From the NCBI GenBank assembly GCA_963792535.1, contig CAWBWQ010000001.1, forward strand, positions 224,001 to 288,000: DNA of 64,000 bases, given 5' to 3'. Position numbers and translations under genes: made by a program. The notes below the pieces were generated by a model. It ran no database searches. It had not been told where the DNA came from and saw only the letters and a program-made list of their open reading frames with translations. Positions 8,364 through 19,496 of the stretch are shown one piece after another (position 1 is the first letter of the stretch; every line of letters begins with the position of its first letter). The stretch comes from an uncultured Phycisphaerales bacterium. Its GTDB lineage: Bacteria > Planctomycetota > Phycisphaerae > Tepidisphaerales > Tepidisphaeraceae.

Positions 8364-11300
8364 ATGCTCAAAGGCCGTCTCCGGAAGCGTTGTCGTGCGG
8401 TGAACAAGGCTAAAGCTGCACACGCATTGGCATTTGCCGCCGAACCGCTTGAAACCAGGCGTTACTTCAGTCTGGACCTTGCCAATTACATGATGATTGG
8501 CACGCCGCTGCTGTCGCCCGAATACACTACGGCAAGCTTTCGGACGGTTACGGTTGCGCTGGGAGCGACGATTCCGGTCGATGTACAGATCGAAGGCATT
8601 GCCGCCGCTGCCATGCCGACGCCTACCGGCACAGTCACCATCACCTGGCATGCAAGTCCCAGCACCAGTTCGACCGTGTCCCTGACTGGGATTGGAGGCA
8701 CCGGCGGATTCGCACTGATCCAAACGGCAATATTCAGGAGGTTTCACAGGCAAGCGCGCAAATCACACTGCCGGTGACAGGCAGCGAAGACCAATATGTT
8801 CAGCAGGGATTGAACTATTTTGATGCCTCTTATAGCGGCGATTCGAACTACGCGCCCAACACCGCGCGCGGAATATTTTTCGTCGACTTTAACAGTAAAA
8901 GTCAGCTCGCTTTCACCACCAACCCGCCGAATGTTGCCCCTGGCAGCACTGCTGCAGCGCCGGTGCAGGTGGCGGTTGAAGACGGCAGTGGTGCTGTGCT
9001 GAGCAGCGCTTCAGACATCATCCAGATCGAGGCGATCGACGCACAAGGCAACACCGTTACAGCCAACACGGTGCAGGCAGCCAACGGGTTGGCCTCTTTC
9101 GATCTCTCCACAGTATTTCTTGCCCCACTTACTGCTGGAACTTACACGCTGAAGGCGACTGACAATGCCAGCGGCGCGACCGCGGTCAGCATGCCGTTCA
9201 CTATCGGCGCGGAACCACTGATGTTCCAGAATCAGCCCACTACAACTGTCGCGGGGAAAGCAATTCAGCCGCCGGTGACCGTTGCGGTGCTGAACAGCGC
9301 AGGCAATCCGGATCCGAGCGCCTCGGGTTCAGTGACCCTTTCGCTTATGAGCACCTCGCGTTTGAATGTTTCCACCGGCACTTTAAGTGGCACGTTGACA
9401 CAGCCGCTTGTGGGCGGTGTGGCCACTTTCGGTGACTTGTCGGTTTCCGCAAATGGCACATATCAGTTGCAGGCAACGGATACCCTGGGCGATCCGGCTG
9501 TCTCTTCCCACAAATTCAAGGTTGGATCGAGCGCGCTGATGCTGGACATCACCAGCCGGGCTCCGGGCGGGCCCAAGGGTGTAAAAACCGGCGATGTGAT
9601 CTTGTACAGCGTGCTGGAAACCGCCAGGAAAGCAGTGCAGAGCGGGGTGCTGGTCGTCACGCTGCCAACGGGTTTTGTTCCGCATGGGATCTCCGGTGGC
9701 GGGTTTTTCTCCGGCAACACGATCACCTGGACCGCCAATGCCCGCGTTTATAACTTTGACATGACGGTCCCTGCCGCAACGGTGTTGAACGGCATCAAGA
9801 ACATCACGGTGACCGGCGACGACAACGTCATCTATGCCGATACCACAACCGATGAAGCCAAAGACACCAATGTGGTAAAGCTCGCCACTTCATTCGAGGT
9901 GGACGGCACGCTCAATGATGGCATCTTCCGTTTTCCAAGGATTGGCAAAGTCGTGGTCAGTTCTCCACTGGCCGGCGTGACGGTGAATCTGATCGACAGT
10001 ACCGGCGCGATGATTGACAGCGTCGTCACGCGGGGAAATGGTAAGTTCACCCTGACGAGCAAGACCGACGGAACTTACACGGTCCAGTTTGTAACCAATG
10101 CCGACATGTATTCGACGGCTGCAAACGGCATTTCCAATCTGCGCATCTACGCGGGTCAAACGGTGGTGATACCGCCGTCCAATACAAGTCCGATCGAGCT
10201 GGGCAAACTGGTTTTGCCGAAAACTTTTTTCAATACCTCATCGGGCATTCTCGAGAGCATGAACAACTACAAGACCAGCGGGTTTCAAAGCCTGGCGAGT
10301 TTTGACATCGACCTTTTCAAGTTTGATACCACCGGCGCTGAAGCTGCCTTGAGTGCGCTCGCGGGTACTGCGGCAAACCCCGCGCCATTGATGAACGCCA
10401 TGGCACTTCAACCAGGTGCCGCACCGATCCATGGGTCGCCGCCATGCGCATGATGGCGGGGCTGTATGGCGTTCACGCTCGATTCCTCGATGCATTCAAA
10501 CTGGTCGACCTGAGCGGCAAGGCGCTGGCTGTGACGTTGTCGGTTGAGTTTGTGAAAAAGCTGCAAAAGTCGGTCGCGGCGTTCAGCCAGGCGAACCCGG
10601 GTGCGGCGGCGTGGAAAATAAGTTCACCCATCACCCAGAGCGCCACCAGCCAGGCACTATCGCAGGCGGCGCCGCGTTGCGTTTTTCACATCGCTGGGAT
10701 TGGTCGTTTCGTCGAGTTTCGATGTGATCGCAGCACTTTTTAAGGTGCCTGCCAAGTACAAAGGTCCGACGATCGCGGCGATTTTCAGCACCTTGCGCTA
10801 CGGCTATGACATGCTCACCGGTGAAAAGCTGCTGGACGACCTGGGATTTGAAGCTGTCTTCAATCTGGTTCGGCTGTCGCTTGATGTGTCGCTGCTGAAC
10901 GGTTTTGCAGGCGTTCGGATCCGTCCGGACCTGGGCGCTATTTATACAGCCATTTTATCCGTGCCAGCTTTGACCGGCGCGGTTGCCGCCGGCGTCGTGC
11001 CGACATCACAGGATGTGATCGATGCCTGCGTGAATAACCGCATCGGGTACGACGCGAACACCGACACCAACCAGGTGCTGTCCACTCTGGACTCCTATAC
11101 CGACCAGGTCCACCTGAGGGCGATCAGGGAATTGGCCTCTGCTTCTGCAATCAACTCCATCAGCAGTGTGATCCGCGGCGGTGACGGAACGTTGTTCCTG
11201 CTGAGCCGGGCGAAGGGCGCTTACAGCAGCGGGTTGCTCGGCAGCGGTCAGAAATTACTGCAGAAAACACTCTCCGTCGCTGAGGCAGACCTCAAGCTGA

Positions 11301-12301
11301 TGGTGGGCGTCGGCGCTAAAGCCCTGTCTTCGGAATTATTAGTGCCAACGCTGCTCAGTGGAGCAATCGGTTTGCTTGACCAGTTGAACGCGACTCAATT
11401 TGTCGCCAACATCGTGCAGATCGGATCCACGGGGACGTCGGAGATTCACACCATCAATTCGCCGCATGCAACAATTAGCACCATGCCGACGCTCGTGCCA
11501 GCGCTGGGGCCAATGTTGGCGTCACCCGCGGATTTGGTGCAACACCCTGTGCTGCAGTCCAGCGCGGCTGTCGCATCGACTGATGGATCAATTTATCTTG
11601 CCGACCTGACCCAGCTGGCGAGTCTGGTTAAGAAAGCAGATACAGCAGGCATCACCACGCTGTACCCGCAGTTGCTCATCGACGGGCAGGCGCTGTTCAG
11701 CAACGATCTTGTGCTTCTGGACAAACAGGCAACGGCGGTTTTGCCGCAGATTGGAGCCGAAGTTGTCAGGAAGGTAAGCGCTTTTGACAGCCAGCTGAAT
11801 CTCGCGCTAAATTCGTCGGTCTACGCTTCAGAACAGCTCGACCTGTGGGGATTCAGCCCATCCGATGGAGATCCCACTGCGGTCATTCGGCAGATTAATC
11901 TGACGATCGCCACGGTAAAGGCAGCTGTGAACGACGCTGCGGGAATTCGTGCCGCCATCGCGGTGTTAAGTGTGCCCGTTGCGCTGGATATCGCCGAAAC
12001 CAGCGTGCCGACAAATGTCTCAGCGGGAAGCATGCAGACGTTTACCTTCACAGTAACCAACGTTGGCAGCCAGCTGTCTTCTGACGGAACGATTACTTTC
12101 AGCAATGCCGACGGATCGATCATCCTCGCAACACCAGCCGCCATGGTGCTGCCCGCCTTGCGCACTGGCGCGTCCGCGGTCATTACCTGGCAGGCACAGG
12201 TCGTCGCCCCGCCCGATGCCCGTTTTGGAAGTGCGTATCAAGTGGATGCAGTCGCCGGCGATCTGACCACAAGTCTTTCGGACAGCGTTCAGGTCGGATG
12301 A
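8364..12301 (+). CDS. Large (about 1300 aa) secreted multi-Ig-domain protein, split by about 3 frameshifts (8364-8777, 8774-10453, 10444-10743, 10700-12301)
   Basis: N-terminal 'EPLETRRYFS' resembles the planctomycete LEPRxLL motif; Big_3-like (TGTVT..ASYSGDSNY), tandem Ig-like repeats, C-terminal CARDB-like (FTVTNVG); abutting frames with continuous composition. Confidence 0.65.
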
Positions 12302-12463
12302 TGCTCGTGGCGGTCGAAGGCGCGGCCCAAGGCTTTCCCAGGCCCGTGCGGTCGCGCGAGCTGCGGTAGCATGTACATCTTCGGCTTTTAATCATAAAAT
12401 GGCAGTGTTAGATGGGTGCGAAGGATTCGTGCCTGCCCGGGCGTGTTTCACTCTGGAGATTGC

Positions 12464-13714
12464 ATGATCGTGCGTCGCAAAACGCGGAAAGTGACCCTTG
12501 GGGATGCCGCCCACGGATTCGTCAGTATTGGCGGGGACTCGCGGGTGTCGGTCCAATCGATGACAGCAGGTTACACCTTTGAGATCGACCGCTGCGTGGC
12601 TGAGATCCACAAACTGGCAGCCGCCGGCGCGGATATGGTGCGCGTGGCAGTTCCTGAAAAGAAAGACACCGCTGCCCTGAAGGAAATCCTGCCGCAGGTG
12701 TCGGTGCCGATTGTGGCGGATGTGCATTTTCATTTTCAACGGGCGCTGGAAGCCATCGACGCGGGCATTCATAAGATCCGGCTGAATCCGGGCAATATCA
12801 ACGACAAAGCCCAGGTGATTGATGTCATTCAGGCTTGCAAGGCGAAGAAAATCCCGATCCGGATTGGCGTCAATGAAGGGTCGATCGTCGAGCGCAAAGA
12901 CAAACAGAAGCGGCTCAAGGAACTGGGCGGTGTGTTCTCCGAGAACAAGCACGGCCACTTTCTGGCGATCATGATTACCAAGCTGGAAGAGTACCTGGAA
13001 ATCTTCCACGAGCAGGATTTTCATGACATCGTTATCAGTGCCAAGAGCATCGATCCGCTGATTGTGATCGATGCTTATAAGGCCATCAGCGAGCGTTTCG
13101 ACTATCCCCTGCATCTGGGCGTGACGCATGCGGGGCCGAAGGAAACCGGGACCATTCGATCGGTGGTGCCGCTGGGTCATCTGCTGGCCAGCGGGATCGG
13201 CGACACGATTCGCATCAGCTATGCCAACGATCCGGTGTATGAAGTGCAGGACGGCCTGGAATTGATGTACATCCTGGGGCTTCGCACGCGAATCGGCGCT
13301 GAATTAATCGCCTGCCCGAGTTGCGGGCGGATCCAGGTGGATCTGTTCAAGCTGGTTCAAGACGTGCGCAAGCAACTCGAAAATGAGATCAGCCTGCCGA
13401 TCAAAGTTGCCGTGATGGGCTGCATCGTGAACGGTCCGGGTGAAGCCGAGGGAGCCGACGTGGCTATTTTTGCAGGCGACCGAAAGGGCATCATCTACGT
13501 GCAGGGTGAGCGGGTGGCGAATGTTCCCGAAGCGGACATCCTTTCGACACTGCTGGACGAATGCCGGAAGTTCCAGGCGAAGGTGGAACGCGGCGAGGCC
13601 AAACTGGGTGAGAAAAAAGTGGATATCCTCCCCCCCGATCCCATCGGCGAATTGGGCAGCGGATGGGAAAAGATCCAGCGGGAGAAGAGCAAAGCGCTGC
13701 CGGTTTTGTCCTGA
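12464..13714 (+). CDS. ispG: (E)-4-hydroxy-3-methylbut-2-enyl-diphosphate synthase
   Basis: VQSMT, ADVHF, RLNPGNI, HLGVTHAG, ACPSCGR, VMGCIVNGPGE. Confidence 0.96.
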   Translation: MIVRRKTRKVTLGDAAHGFVSIGGDSRVSVQSMTAGYTFEIDRCVAEIHKLAAAGADMVRVAVPEKKDTAALKEILPQVSVPIVADVHFHFQRALEAIDAGIHKIRLNPGNINDKAQVIDVIQACKAKKIPIRIGVNEGSIVERKDKQKRLKELGGVFSENKHGHFLAIMITKLEEYLEIFHEQDFHDIVISAKSIDPLIVIDAYKAISERFDYPLHLGVTHAGPKETGTIRSVVPLGHLLASGIGDTIRISYANDPVYEVQDGLELMYILGLRTRIGAELIACPSCGRIQVDLFKLVQDVRKQLENEISLPIKVAVMGCIVNGPGEAEGADVAIFAGDRKGIIYVQGERVANVPEADILSTLLDECRKFQAKVERGEAKLGEKKVDILPPDPIGELGSGWEKIQREKSKALPVLS

Positions 13715-13724
13715 TGGAGGCCAG

Positions 13725-14387
13725 ATGACAATCGCAGATTTGCCAGTTCGGTCAGCTGCAGTTGAGGGAAATGAGCCTCAGCGGTTTGTTTTCAGCGATG
13801 TGGACTGGGCTTTCTACGAGAGCGTCGGCGAAAAACTTGCCGATCGCAGGGTCTTCGTGACTTACTACAAGGGAAAGCTGGAAGTCGTGACTGTTTCTAT
13901 CCTGCACGAAAGAATTTGCGAACTTCTGGTAATTCTTATCCGTGTCATGGCTGAGGAGACATCAATGCCCATCCAAGGCGTGGGCATGACCACATTGCGG
14001 CGGATGGATTTGGACGCCGGCGTCGAGCCGGACAGCAGTTTCTACACGACTCATGAGCTGCACATGCGCGGCAAAACGGACTTGGACTTGGCGATCGACC
14101 CACCGCCGGATCTGGCGATTGAAGTTGAAGTGACCCACCGTCTTGGGGCGCACAAGTCAATCTATCGCGAACTGGGCGTGCCGGAAGTGTGGGTCTATTC
14201 ATCGAAAGGCCTTAGCGTTCTGGTCCAGAAAAACGATGCATACGTTACAGTGGATCGCAGCCCGACATTTCCAATGATTTCGCCTCACGAGATCACCGGG
14301 TTTATCACCTCCGGGCTGCATGAGGACCAGACGGCGTTCTCCAAAGCATTTCGCCGACGGGTTCAGCAAGCCATTGCCCAGGACTGA
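13725..14387 (+). CDS. Uma2-family putative endonuclease
   Basis: EPDSSFY, PPDLAIEVE, YRELGVPEVW; GGAGG RBS. Confidence 0.9.
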   Translation: MTIADLPVRSAAVEGNEPQRFVFSDVDWAFYESVGEKLADRRVFVTYYKGKLEVVTVSILHERICELLVILIRVMAEETSMPIQGVGMTTLRRMDLDAGVEPDSSFYTTHELHMRGKTDLDLAIDPPPDLAIEVEVTHRLGAHKSIYRELGVPEVWVYSSKGLSVLVQKNDAYVTVDRSPTFPMISPHEITGFITSGLHEDQTAFSKAFRRRVQQAIAQD

Positions 14388-14391
14388 ACCT

Positions 14392-14715
14392 ATGCAACGA
14401 ATCGCCTTTCTCATCCGCGTTCGTCCTGAAAAACTCACCGAATATCTCAAGCTACACAATCCCATCTGGCCCGAGTTGGCTGCTGAACTGAAAGCCTCGG
14501 GCATCCGCAATTACTCGCTGTGGCTGCGGCCCGACGGCACCGAATTCGGTTATCTTGAATGCGACAACTGGCAGGCAAGTTGCGATTATCTTGCCAAAAG
14601 CGAAGTGCACACCCGTTGGCAGAACCTTATGAAGGATTTCCTGCTGACGCCAACCGACGGCGCTTTTGGCGGTCAGCCGGTGGAGATGCTGGAGCAGTCG
14701 TTTTTGATGGAGTGA
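14392..14715 (+). CDS. rhaM: L-rhamnose mutarotase family protein
   Basis: EYLKLHNPIWPEL...GIRNYSLW...FGYLE...W pattern. Confidence 0.85.
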   Translation: MQRIAFLIRVRPEKLTEYLKLHNPIWPELAAELKASGIRNYSLWLRPDGTEFGYLECDNWQASCDYLAKSEVHTRWQNLMKDFLLTPTDGAFGGQPVEMLEQSFLME

Positions 14716-14726
14716 TAGCTCGCGCG

Positions 14727-15144
14727 CTATCGCAAAAAAAGACCTGTCTGCAACCCGAAAAAGTCCGACAGTCGAATAATCGCCGGCTTGCTCCAGTCCC
14801 TCCGCCCATTGATCATGTCACTGAGAGAACTCTGCGATATTTCGATTTTCTTCGCTAATGCGTTTATGCTTAATCCGCGTTCTTTAAGCAAATGGAGCAC
14901 GATCTGGGCCGCGGTCACTTTTGATGTGTCCAATCGCAAACCAGCTGATCGCTCATAATCGGCGATAAGGGAAACCAGGATCGTTTTGTAATCCCGTATC
15001 GGAGCGCTCTCTCCTGCCAGCAAGGCTGCGAAGCATTTTCAGTGCCTGCTTATGTGCCGAAACCGTGCGAATGGGGCGCAGGGGGAATGTCAGGATCAGC
15101 TCGAAATATGCGTCGTTTGGAACCTTTGAAAGTATAGCTGCCAT
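14727..15144 (-). CDS. higA: HigA-family antitoxin with HTH; frameshift near 15015
   Basis: FPLRPIRT N-terminal segment joined to LIADYE..HLLKERGLS..SSLSDMINGRR HTH. Confidence 0.85.
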
Positions 15145-15146
15145 AT

Positions 15147-15455
15147 TCAGTACCGCGCTTTCCAAGAGTTCTTATCGTATTCAGCATGCGTCAAAACATC
15201 GAGAATCTCAATTAATCCCGCATCAAAATCGATTGAAGTCAACAGCCGGTATTCATTCCCCTTAACATTAAAGACCGTGACAACAAGCATACTTTTTAAT
15301 TTGATTCCATCAGCCGAAGGATAGTCGATACGCACCTCGCCCAGACTATGCCATCTTCTTTGTTCGACCGTAGCAACCCATACCGTCAGCCATTTTCGCA
15401 GCGAAGGGTTCCTGCGGCTCATGTTTCGCAGGACATCCTGACCGACAATCGTCAT
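15147..15455 (-). CDS. higB: HigB-family toxin (mRNA interferase)
   Basis: W..LGEVRIDYPSAD, VFNVKGNEYRL, LTHAEYDK motifs; toxin-first gene order. Confidence 0.9.
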   Translation of the reverse strand: MTIVGQDVLRNMSRRNPSLRKWLTVWVATVEQRRWHSLGEVRIDYPSADGIKLKSMLVVTVFNVKGNEYRLLTSIDFDAGLIEILDVLTHAEYDKNSWKARY

Positions 15456-15490
15456 TATCGCATTATGCGATAACCCGATAATATTTTCAA
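15455..15490 (-). promoter_or_regulatory. higBA promoter (TTGAAA, 17 nt, CATAAT) with operator TTATCGCAT-T-ATGCGATAA (15455-15473)
   Basis: Perfect 9-bp inverted repeat overlapping the -10 and start codon; -10 lies 6 nt before the ATG. Confidence 0.8.
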
Positions 15491-15530
15491 ATCCGGTTGT
15501 TCGATCGAGCCTCGCGGCTAAACTTCTGAC

Positions 15531-16502
15531 ATGAGCATTCGCGTCGGCATTGTCGGTGTTTCAGGCTACGGCGGCGGTGAGGTTCTGCGCCTCTGTGCAA
15601 CCCATCCTGCTTTTAACGTTGTCTACGTTGCCGGGGAATCAAGTGCTGGTTCACCTTTGTCTGAGAAATTCCCGGGCATTGGGTCGCTCGGCGATTTAAA
15701 GATTTCCAAATGGGATCCTGCTGCTTTGCCGCAGTTGGATGTGCTGTTTGCCTCGCTGCCTTCTGGACAATCCAAAGAAGCTTTGGCGAAGGTTTCGCAG
15801 GACACAAAAATCGTCGACATCGGCGGGGATCATCGTTTTGTGGACGGGTGGACCTACGGGCTGGCCGATGTCTGGCCGGAGAAGATCATCGGCAAAACCC
15901 GCATTGCCAACCCCGGTTGTTATCCTTCGGCAGCGTTAACCGCCATCGCGCCGCTGGTGGCAGCGGGGATTGTTCGATCGGACGCACCGTTGATCATCGA
16001 CGCCAAGAGCGGTGTCAGTGGCGCGGGACGCGGCGGGGGGGCGACGTTTGGTTTTGCCGATGTGAATGAAGACGTTGCCGCGTATGGCCTGGGCAAACAC
16101 GCCCATGTGCCGGAGATTGCCGCCACGTTAAATTCATTGAGCAAGCATGGCGATTTGAGCATCACGTTTACACCGCACCTCATTCCCATGACGCGCGGGA
16201 TCCTGGCGACCTGCTACGCCGCTGGCACCGCAACGACTGAACAGTGCCTGCTAATCGCCCGCGCTTTTTACAAAGACAGCCCCTTCGTTCGCGTGGTCGA
16301 CAAACCGCCGCACACCAAATGGGCGCTGGGTTCGAACCTGGTGTTTATCTCCTATTCGGTGACCGGCGCAGGCCCGATCATCGCGATGGGAGCGATCGAC
16401 AATCTCGGCAAAGGCGCCGCCGGTCAGGCTGTCCAGAACGCGAACCTGATCACAGGCCAGCCCGCTACCGCCGGACTGATGGGAGCGCCGCTTTGGCCTT
16501 GA
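15531..16502 (+). CDS. argC: N-acetyl-gamma-glutamyl-phosphate reductase
   Basis: GVSGYGG, ANPGCY, DAKSGVSGAGR, DNLGKGAAGQAVQN. Confidence 0.96.
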   Translation: MSIRVGIVGVSGYGGGEVLRLCATHPAFNVVYVAGESSAGSPLSEKFPGIGSLGDLKISKWDPAALPQLDVLFASLPSGQSKEALAKVSQDTKIVDIGGDHRFVDGWTYGLADVWPEKIIGKTRIANPGCYPSAALTAIAPLVAAGIVRSDAPLIIDAKSGVSGAGRGGGATFGFADVNEDVAAYGLGKHAHVPEIAATLNSLSKHGDLSITFTPHLIPMTRGILATCYAAGTATTEQCLLIARAFYKDSPFVRVVDKPPHTKWALGSNLVFISYSVTGAGPIIAMGAIDNLGKGAAGQAVQNANLITGQPATAGLMGAPLWP

Positions 16503-16580
16503 AGCTATTGCCGCTCGGGCGATTGGCCGACGCAGCGGCTGTCTCCAATTTAAGTAAGGCATTCCCGATAAGCATCACCA

Positions 16581-17342
16581 ATGATCGACACCCATTGCCA
16601 TCTCACGGACACGCGGCTGCAATCGCAACTCAACTTTGTGGTGACGCGGGCAACACTCGCAGGCGTGACCCGGCTGATTACCATCGGAACCGATCTGGCC
16701 GACGATCGGCAATGCGTGGAATTGTGCCAGGGCCGCGAAAACATCCGCTGCGCGGTGGGGGTGCATCCGTCGTATGTTGATGAGGAAAGATTTGAGGATC
16801 TGCCGCAGCTGCGGGAGATCCAGGCAGACGCTTCGGTGATTGCCATCGGGGAAATCGGCCTGGATTATTCGCGGGGAAAAGCCAATCGTCAGCGCCAGAT
16901 TGACTTCCTGCAGTATCAACTTCAGTTGGCGGTTGAGGTGAACAAACCGCTGGTGATTCACAGCCGGGCAGCGGTGGATGATTGTCTGGCGATTATCAGG
17001 GATTTTCCTTCGCTGCGGATGGTCTTCCACTGTTTCACCGGCACGGTCGAAGAAGCCCGCCGCGTCCTCGAAGCCGGGCATTTACTGGGCTTCACCGGTG
17101 TTGTGACGTTCAAGAATCCCGGTGAACTGCGCGAGGTGGTGGCACTGACACCGCTCGATCGCATGCTGATTGAGACCGACGCTCCGTATCTCACGCCTGA
17201 ACCGATGCGCAAGCAGAAAGTGAACGAGCCGGTCCTGGTAACGCATGTGGCAGCAAAGATCGCCGAGATCAAAAAGCTGTCGATCGCCGAAGTGGATTCA
17301 ATTACCACGATGAACGCAAGCCGGCTGTTCGGCTGGCCGTGA
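16581..17342 (+). CDS. tatD: TatD-family deoxyribonuclease
   Basis: DTHCHL, GEIGLDY, HSR, HCFTG, ETDAPYL. Confidence 0.95.
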   Translation: MIDTHCHLTDTRLQSQLNFVVTRATLAGVTRLITIGTDLADDRQCVELCQGRENIRCAVGVHPSYVDEERFEDLPQLREIQADASVIAIGEIGLDYSRGKANRQRQIDFLQYQLQLAVEVNKPLVIHSRAAVDDCLAIIRDFPSLRMVFHCFTGTVEEARRVLEAGHLLGFTGVVTFKNPGELREVVALTPLDRMLIETDAPYLTPEPMRKQKVNEPVLVTHVAAKIAEIKKLSIAEVDSITTMNASRLFGWP

Positions 17343-17466
17343 ACGTTTTGCCAAGTGTGCAGTAAACTGCAAATGTATGTCTCACGACCGACTGAGCGTT
17401 ACAAGCATCAACCTGCAGGACAATGCTGCCAGTGAGGCGCGAATTTGATCGTCACTCTGACCCGAT

Positions 17467-18243
17467 TTACTCCGCGTGCTTGATGTGGTGTTCGGTGAAC
17501 GCCAGCGCGATGCCGTAAAGCGTTAGATCCGGCGCGACGGCGTGTACAAGTTCCCAACCGCCGAAGAGCTTTTCAGCGTCGCCGCCGGTGGTGATGAGGT
17601 CCGGCCAGGTGCCGAGTTCTGTGGCGTAGCTTTCAACCAGTTCTTTAACCATGCCGCGGATGCCGGTGTAAACGCCCTGCAGGATAGCCGATTGCGTGTC
17701 GCGACCGATTCCCGGAGCGACGGGGGCCTGGAGGGGAATCAGCGGCAGCCTGGCGATTTTGTTATGCAGAACCTCGAGCATCATTGACGCGCCGGGCGCA
17801 ATCGCGCCGCCGAGGAATGCGCCGGTGTCGTCGCAGACGTCGACGGTGAGAGCGGAGCCCGCGTCGGCAACGACGCACGCCTTGCCCATTTGTTCATATG
17901 CGGCCGCGATATTCAGGACGCGATCGACGCCCGTCTCCAGAGGTTTGTCGGTTTTTACCTCGATTGGCAAGTCCAGATCAGGCCCGACCCACTGCACCGT
18001 GGTTCCGGTGGCGAGTTCGGCTGCGTGCTCCACAGCTTCCAAAAGCGGAGGATTGACACTTGCGCCGGCGACGGCGGGATTCTCCGTGTCGGCGATTCGC
18101 GCCCAGGCGTCGGCGATTTTTCCCTGCCAGTCGGCCCGCTGCTCAAGCGAAACCCGCGTGACCGATTCCAATTTGCCAGCCTGAAATACACCGATCGCCA
18201 GACGGGTATTACCGAGATTCAAAACCAAGAGGTTGATGTCCAT
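17467..18243 (-). CDS. coaX: Type III pantothenate kinase
   Basis: LGNTR, GVDR, DAGSALTVD, GGAIAPG, TGGDA. Confidence 0.93.
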   Translation of the reverse strand: MDINLLVLNLGNTRLAIGVFQAGKLESVTRVSLEQRADWQGKIADAWARIADTENPAVAGASVNPPLLEAVEHAAELATGTTVQWVGPDLDLPIEVKTDKPLETGVDRVLNIAAAYEQMGKACVVADAGSALTVDVCDDTGAFLGGAIAPGASMMLEVLHNKIARLPLIPLQAPVAPGIGRDTQSAILQGVYTGIRGMVKELVESYATELGTWPDLITTGGDAEKLFGGWELVHAVAPDLTLYGIALAFTEHHIKHAE

Positions 18244-18479
18244 GGCACCATGATAGGGGAACAAATATCAAGTATGAAACATCGCCCCCACCTGGCTGCA
18301 AGCGGTTATCGCACCTTTGCAAACGTGCCGGCTTGGTTCCTGTCACGTGGTGGGCATTTCGGAATCGTGGTGCAGCCTCGTTTTTGACTGTATCCAGCCC
18401 GGAAGATTCTTGTACACAACGCTCACTTGCGGTAAACCTACCAACGAACGGATTTTCCGCCGGATACGAGGAACCCATC

Positions 18480-19496
18480 ATGGCCAAGATGTTCTATACG
18501 CTGGACGAAACCAAGGCTGCACTTGGTCAGTCCGAAGATCAGATCAAGGTGCTGACGCGCGAAGGAAAACTACGGGAATTCAGAGACGGGCCGCGCCTGA
18601 TGTTCAAAGCAGACCAGGTGGACGCGCTGAAATCGCAAATTGGCGGCGGAATTGAAATTGGCGACAGCGGCGCTCCGATCGGGCTGGCGGATACTGCTGG
18701 CGGCAGCGCGACCGGTCTGGATCTGATGGAAAACGACACGGGCATCAGTGGCAGCGGCCTGGCGGGAATTTCCGGCAGTGGGCTGGGCAGTGGACTCACG
18801 GGTGGCGCGGGTTCGGGCATGATGAACCTGAAGGAAGACACCGCCCTGGCGGCGGACCTGGGGTTGTCCGGAACCGTTGGAGGCATTCCATCGCCGGGCC
18901 GATCGGGCGCGGGCAGTGGATCGGGAACGAGCGGCAGCATTGGAAGCCGCCAAGGCATCAACGTCTTCGGCGATGATACGCATATGTCGGCCGACCCGAT
19001 GGCGCAAACAGCCATGCCGGGTGCGGGATCGATGGCGGATCTCAACCTGGAAGGTATTGGATCGGGCTCGGGTCTTCTGGATTTGACGCGCGAAAGCGAT
19101 GAAACCAGCCTGGGCGCTGAACTGCTGGACGAAATTTCACCCTCAGGCAAAGGCGGGGGAAGTCGACCCCTGGCACCGCCTGACACCGGCTCGATGGCCG
19201 GCATCCGCCTGCCGAGCCCCGGGGGCGGCGTGGTTCGCGGATCAATGGGCGTGCAGACCGTGACAGCACCCGATGCCTGGTCGGGCGCGTTCGGTGCGAT
19301 GGCGCTGGGCGCGGCACTCTTTTCCATGTTCGGTCTTTTTGCATTGATAACGTCCATGAGTGGCATTCGGGCGGATGCGGTCAGTTTCTTCGCTGAGAAA
19401 GACAATGCATTCCTTCTGATCGCCGGCATCGGTGCAGCAGTCGCGGTGCTCTTCCTCGCATTTGGGAAATTGATCGGAATGTCGGCTCGGAAGTGA
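18480..19496 (+). CDS. HTH_17 (excisionase-like) domain protein with Gly/Ser-rich linker and two C-terminal TM helices
   Basis: FYTLDETKAALG...GKLREFRDG..LMFK; low-complexity G/S/D middle; two hydrophobic helices at the end. Confidence 0.75.
   Translation: MAKMFYTLDETKAALGQSEDQIKVLTREGKLREFRDGPRLMFKADQVDALKSQIGGGIEIGDSGAPIGLADTAGGSATGLDLMENDTGISGSGLAGISGSGLGSGLTGGAGSGMMNLKEDTALAADLGLSGTVGGIPSPGRSGAGSGSGTSGSIGSRQGINVFGDDTHMSADPMAQTAMPGAGSMADLNLEGIGSGSGLLDLTRESDETSLGAELLDEISPSGKGGGSRPLAPPDTGSMAGIRLPSPGGGVVRGSMGVQTVTAPDAWSGAFGAMALGAALFSMFGLFALITSMSGIRADAVSFFAEKDNAFLLIAGIGAAVAVLFLAFGKLIGMSARK

Noticed and set aside
13440..13724. N-terminal extension of the Uma2 ORF overlapping ispG
   Set aside because: True start at 13725 with a GGAGG RBS; the extension is an out-of-frame read of ispG
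18730..18945. GGCAGT/GGCAGC-like short repeats suggesting a repeat array
   Set aside because: They encode the Gly/Ser linker; no fixed repeat-spacer structure. No CRISPR array was seen anywhere in the window
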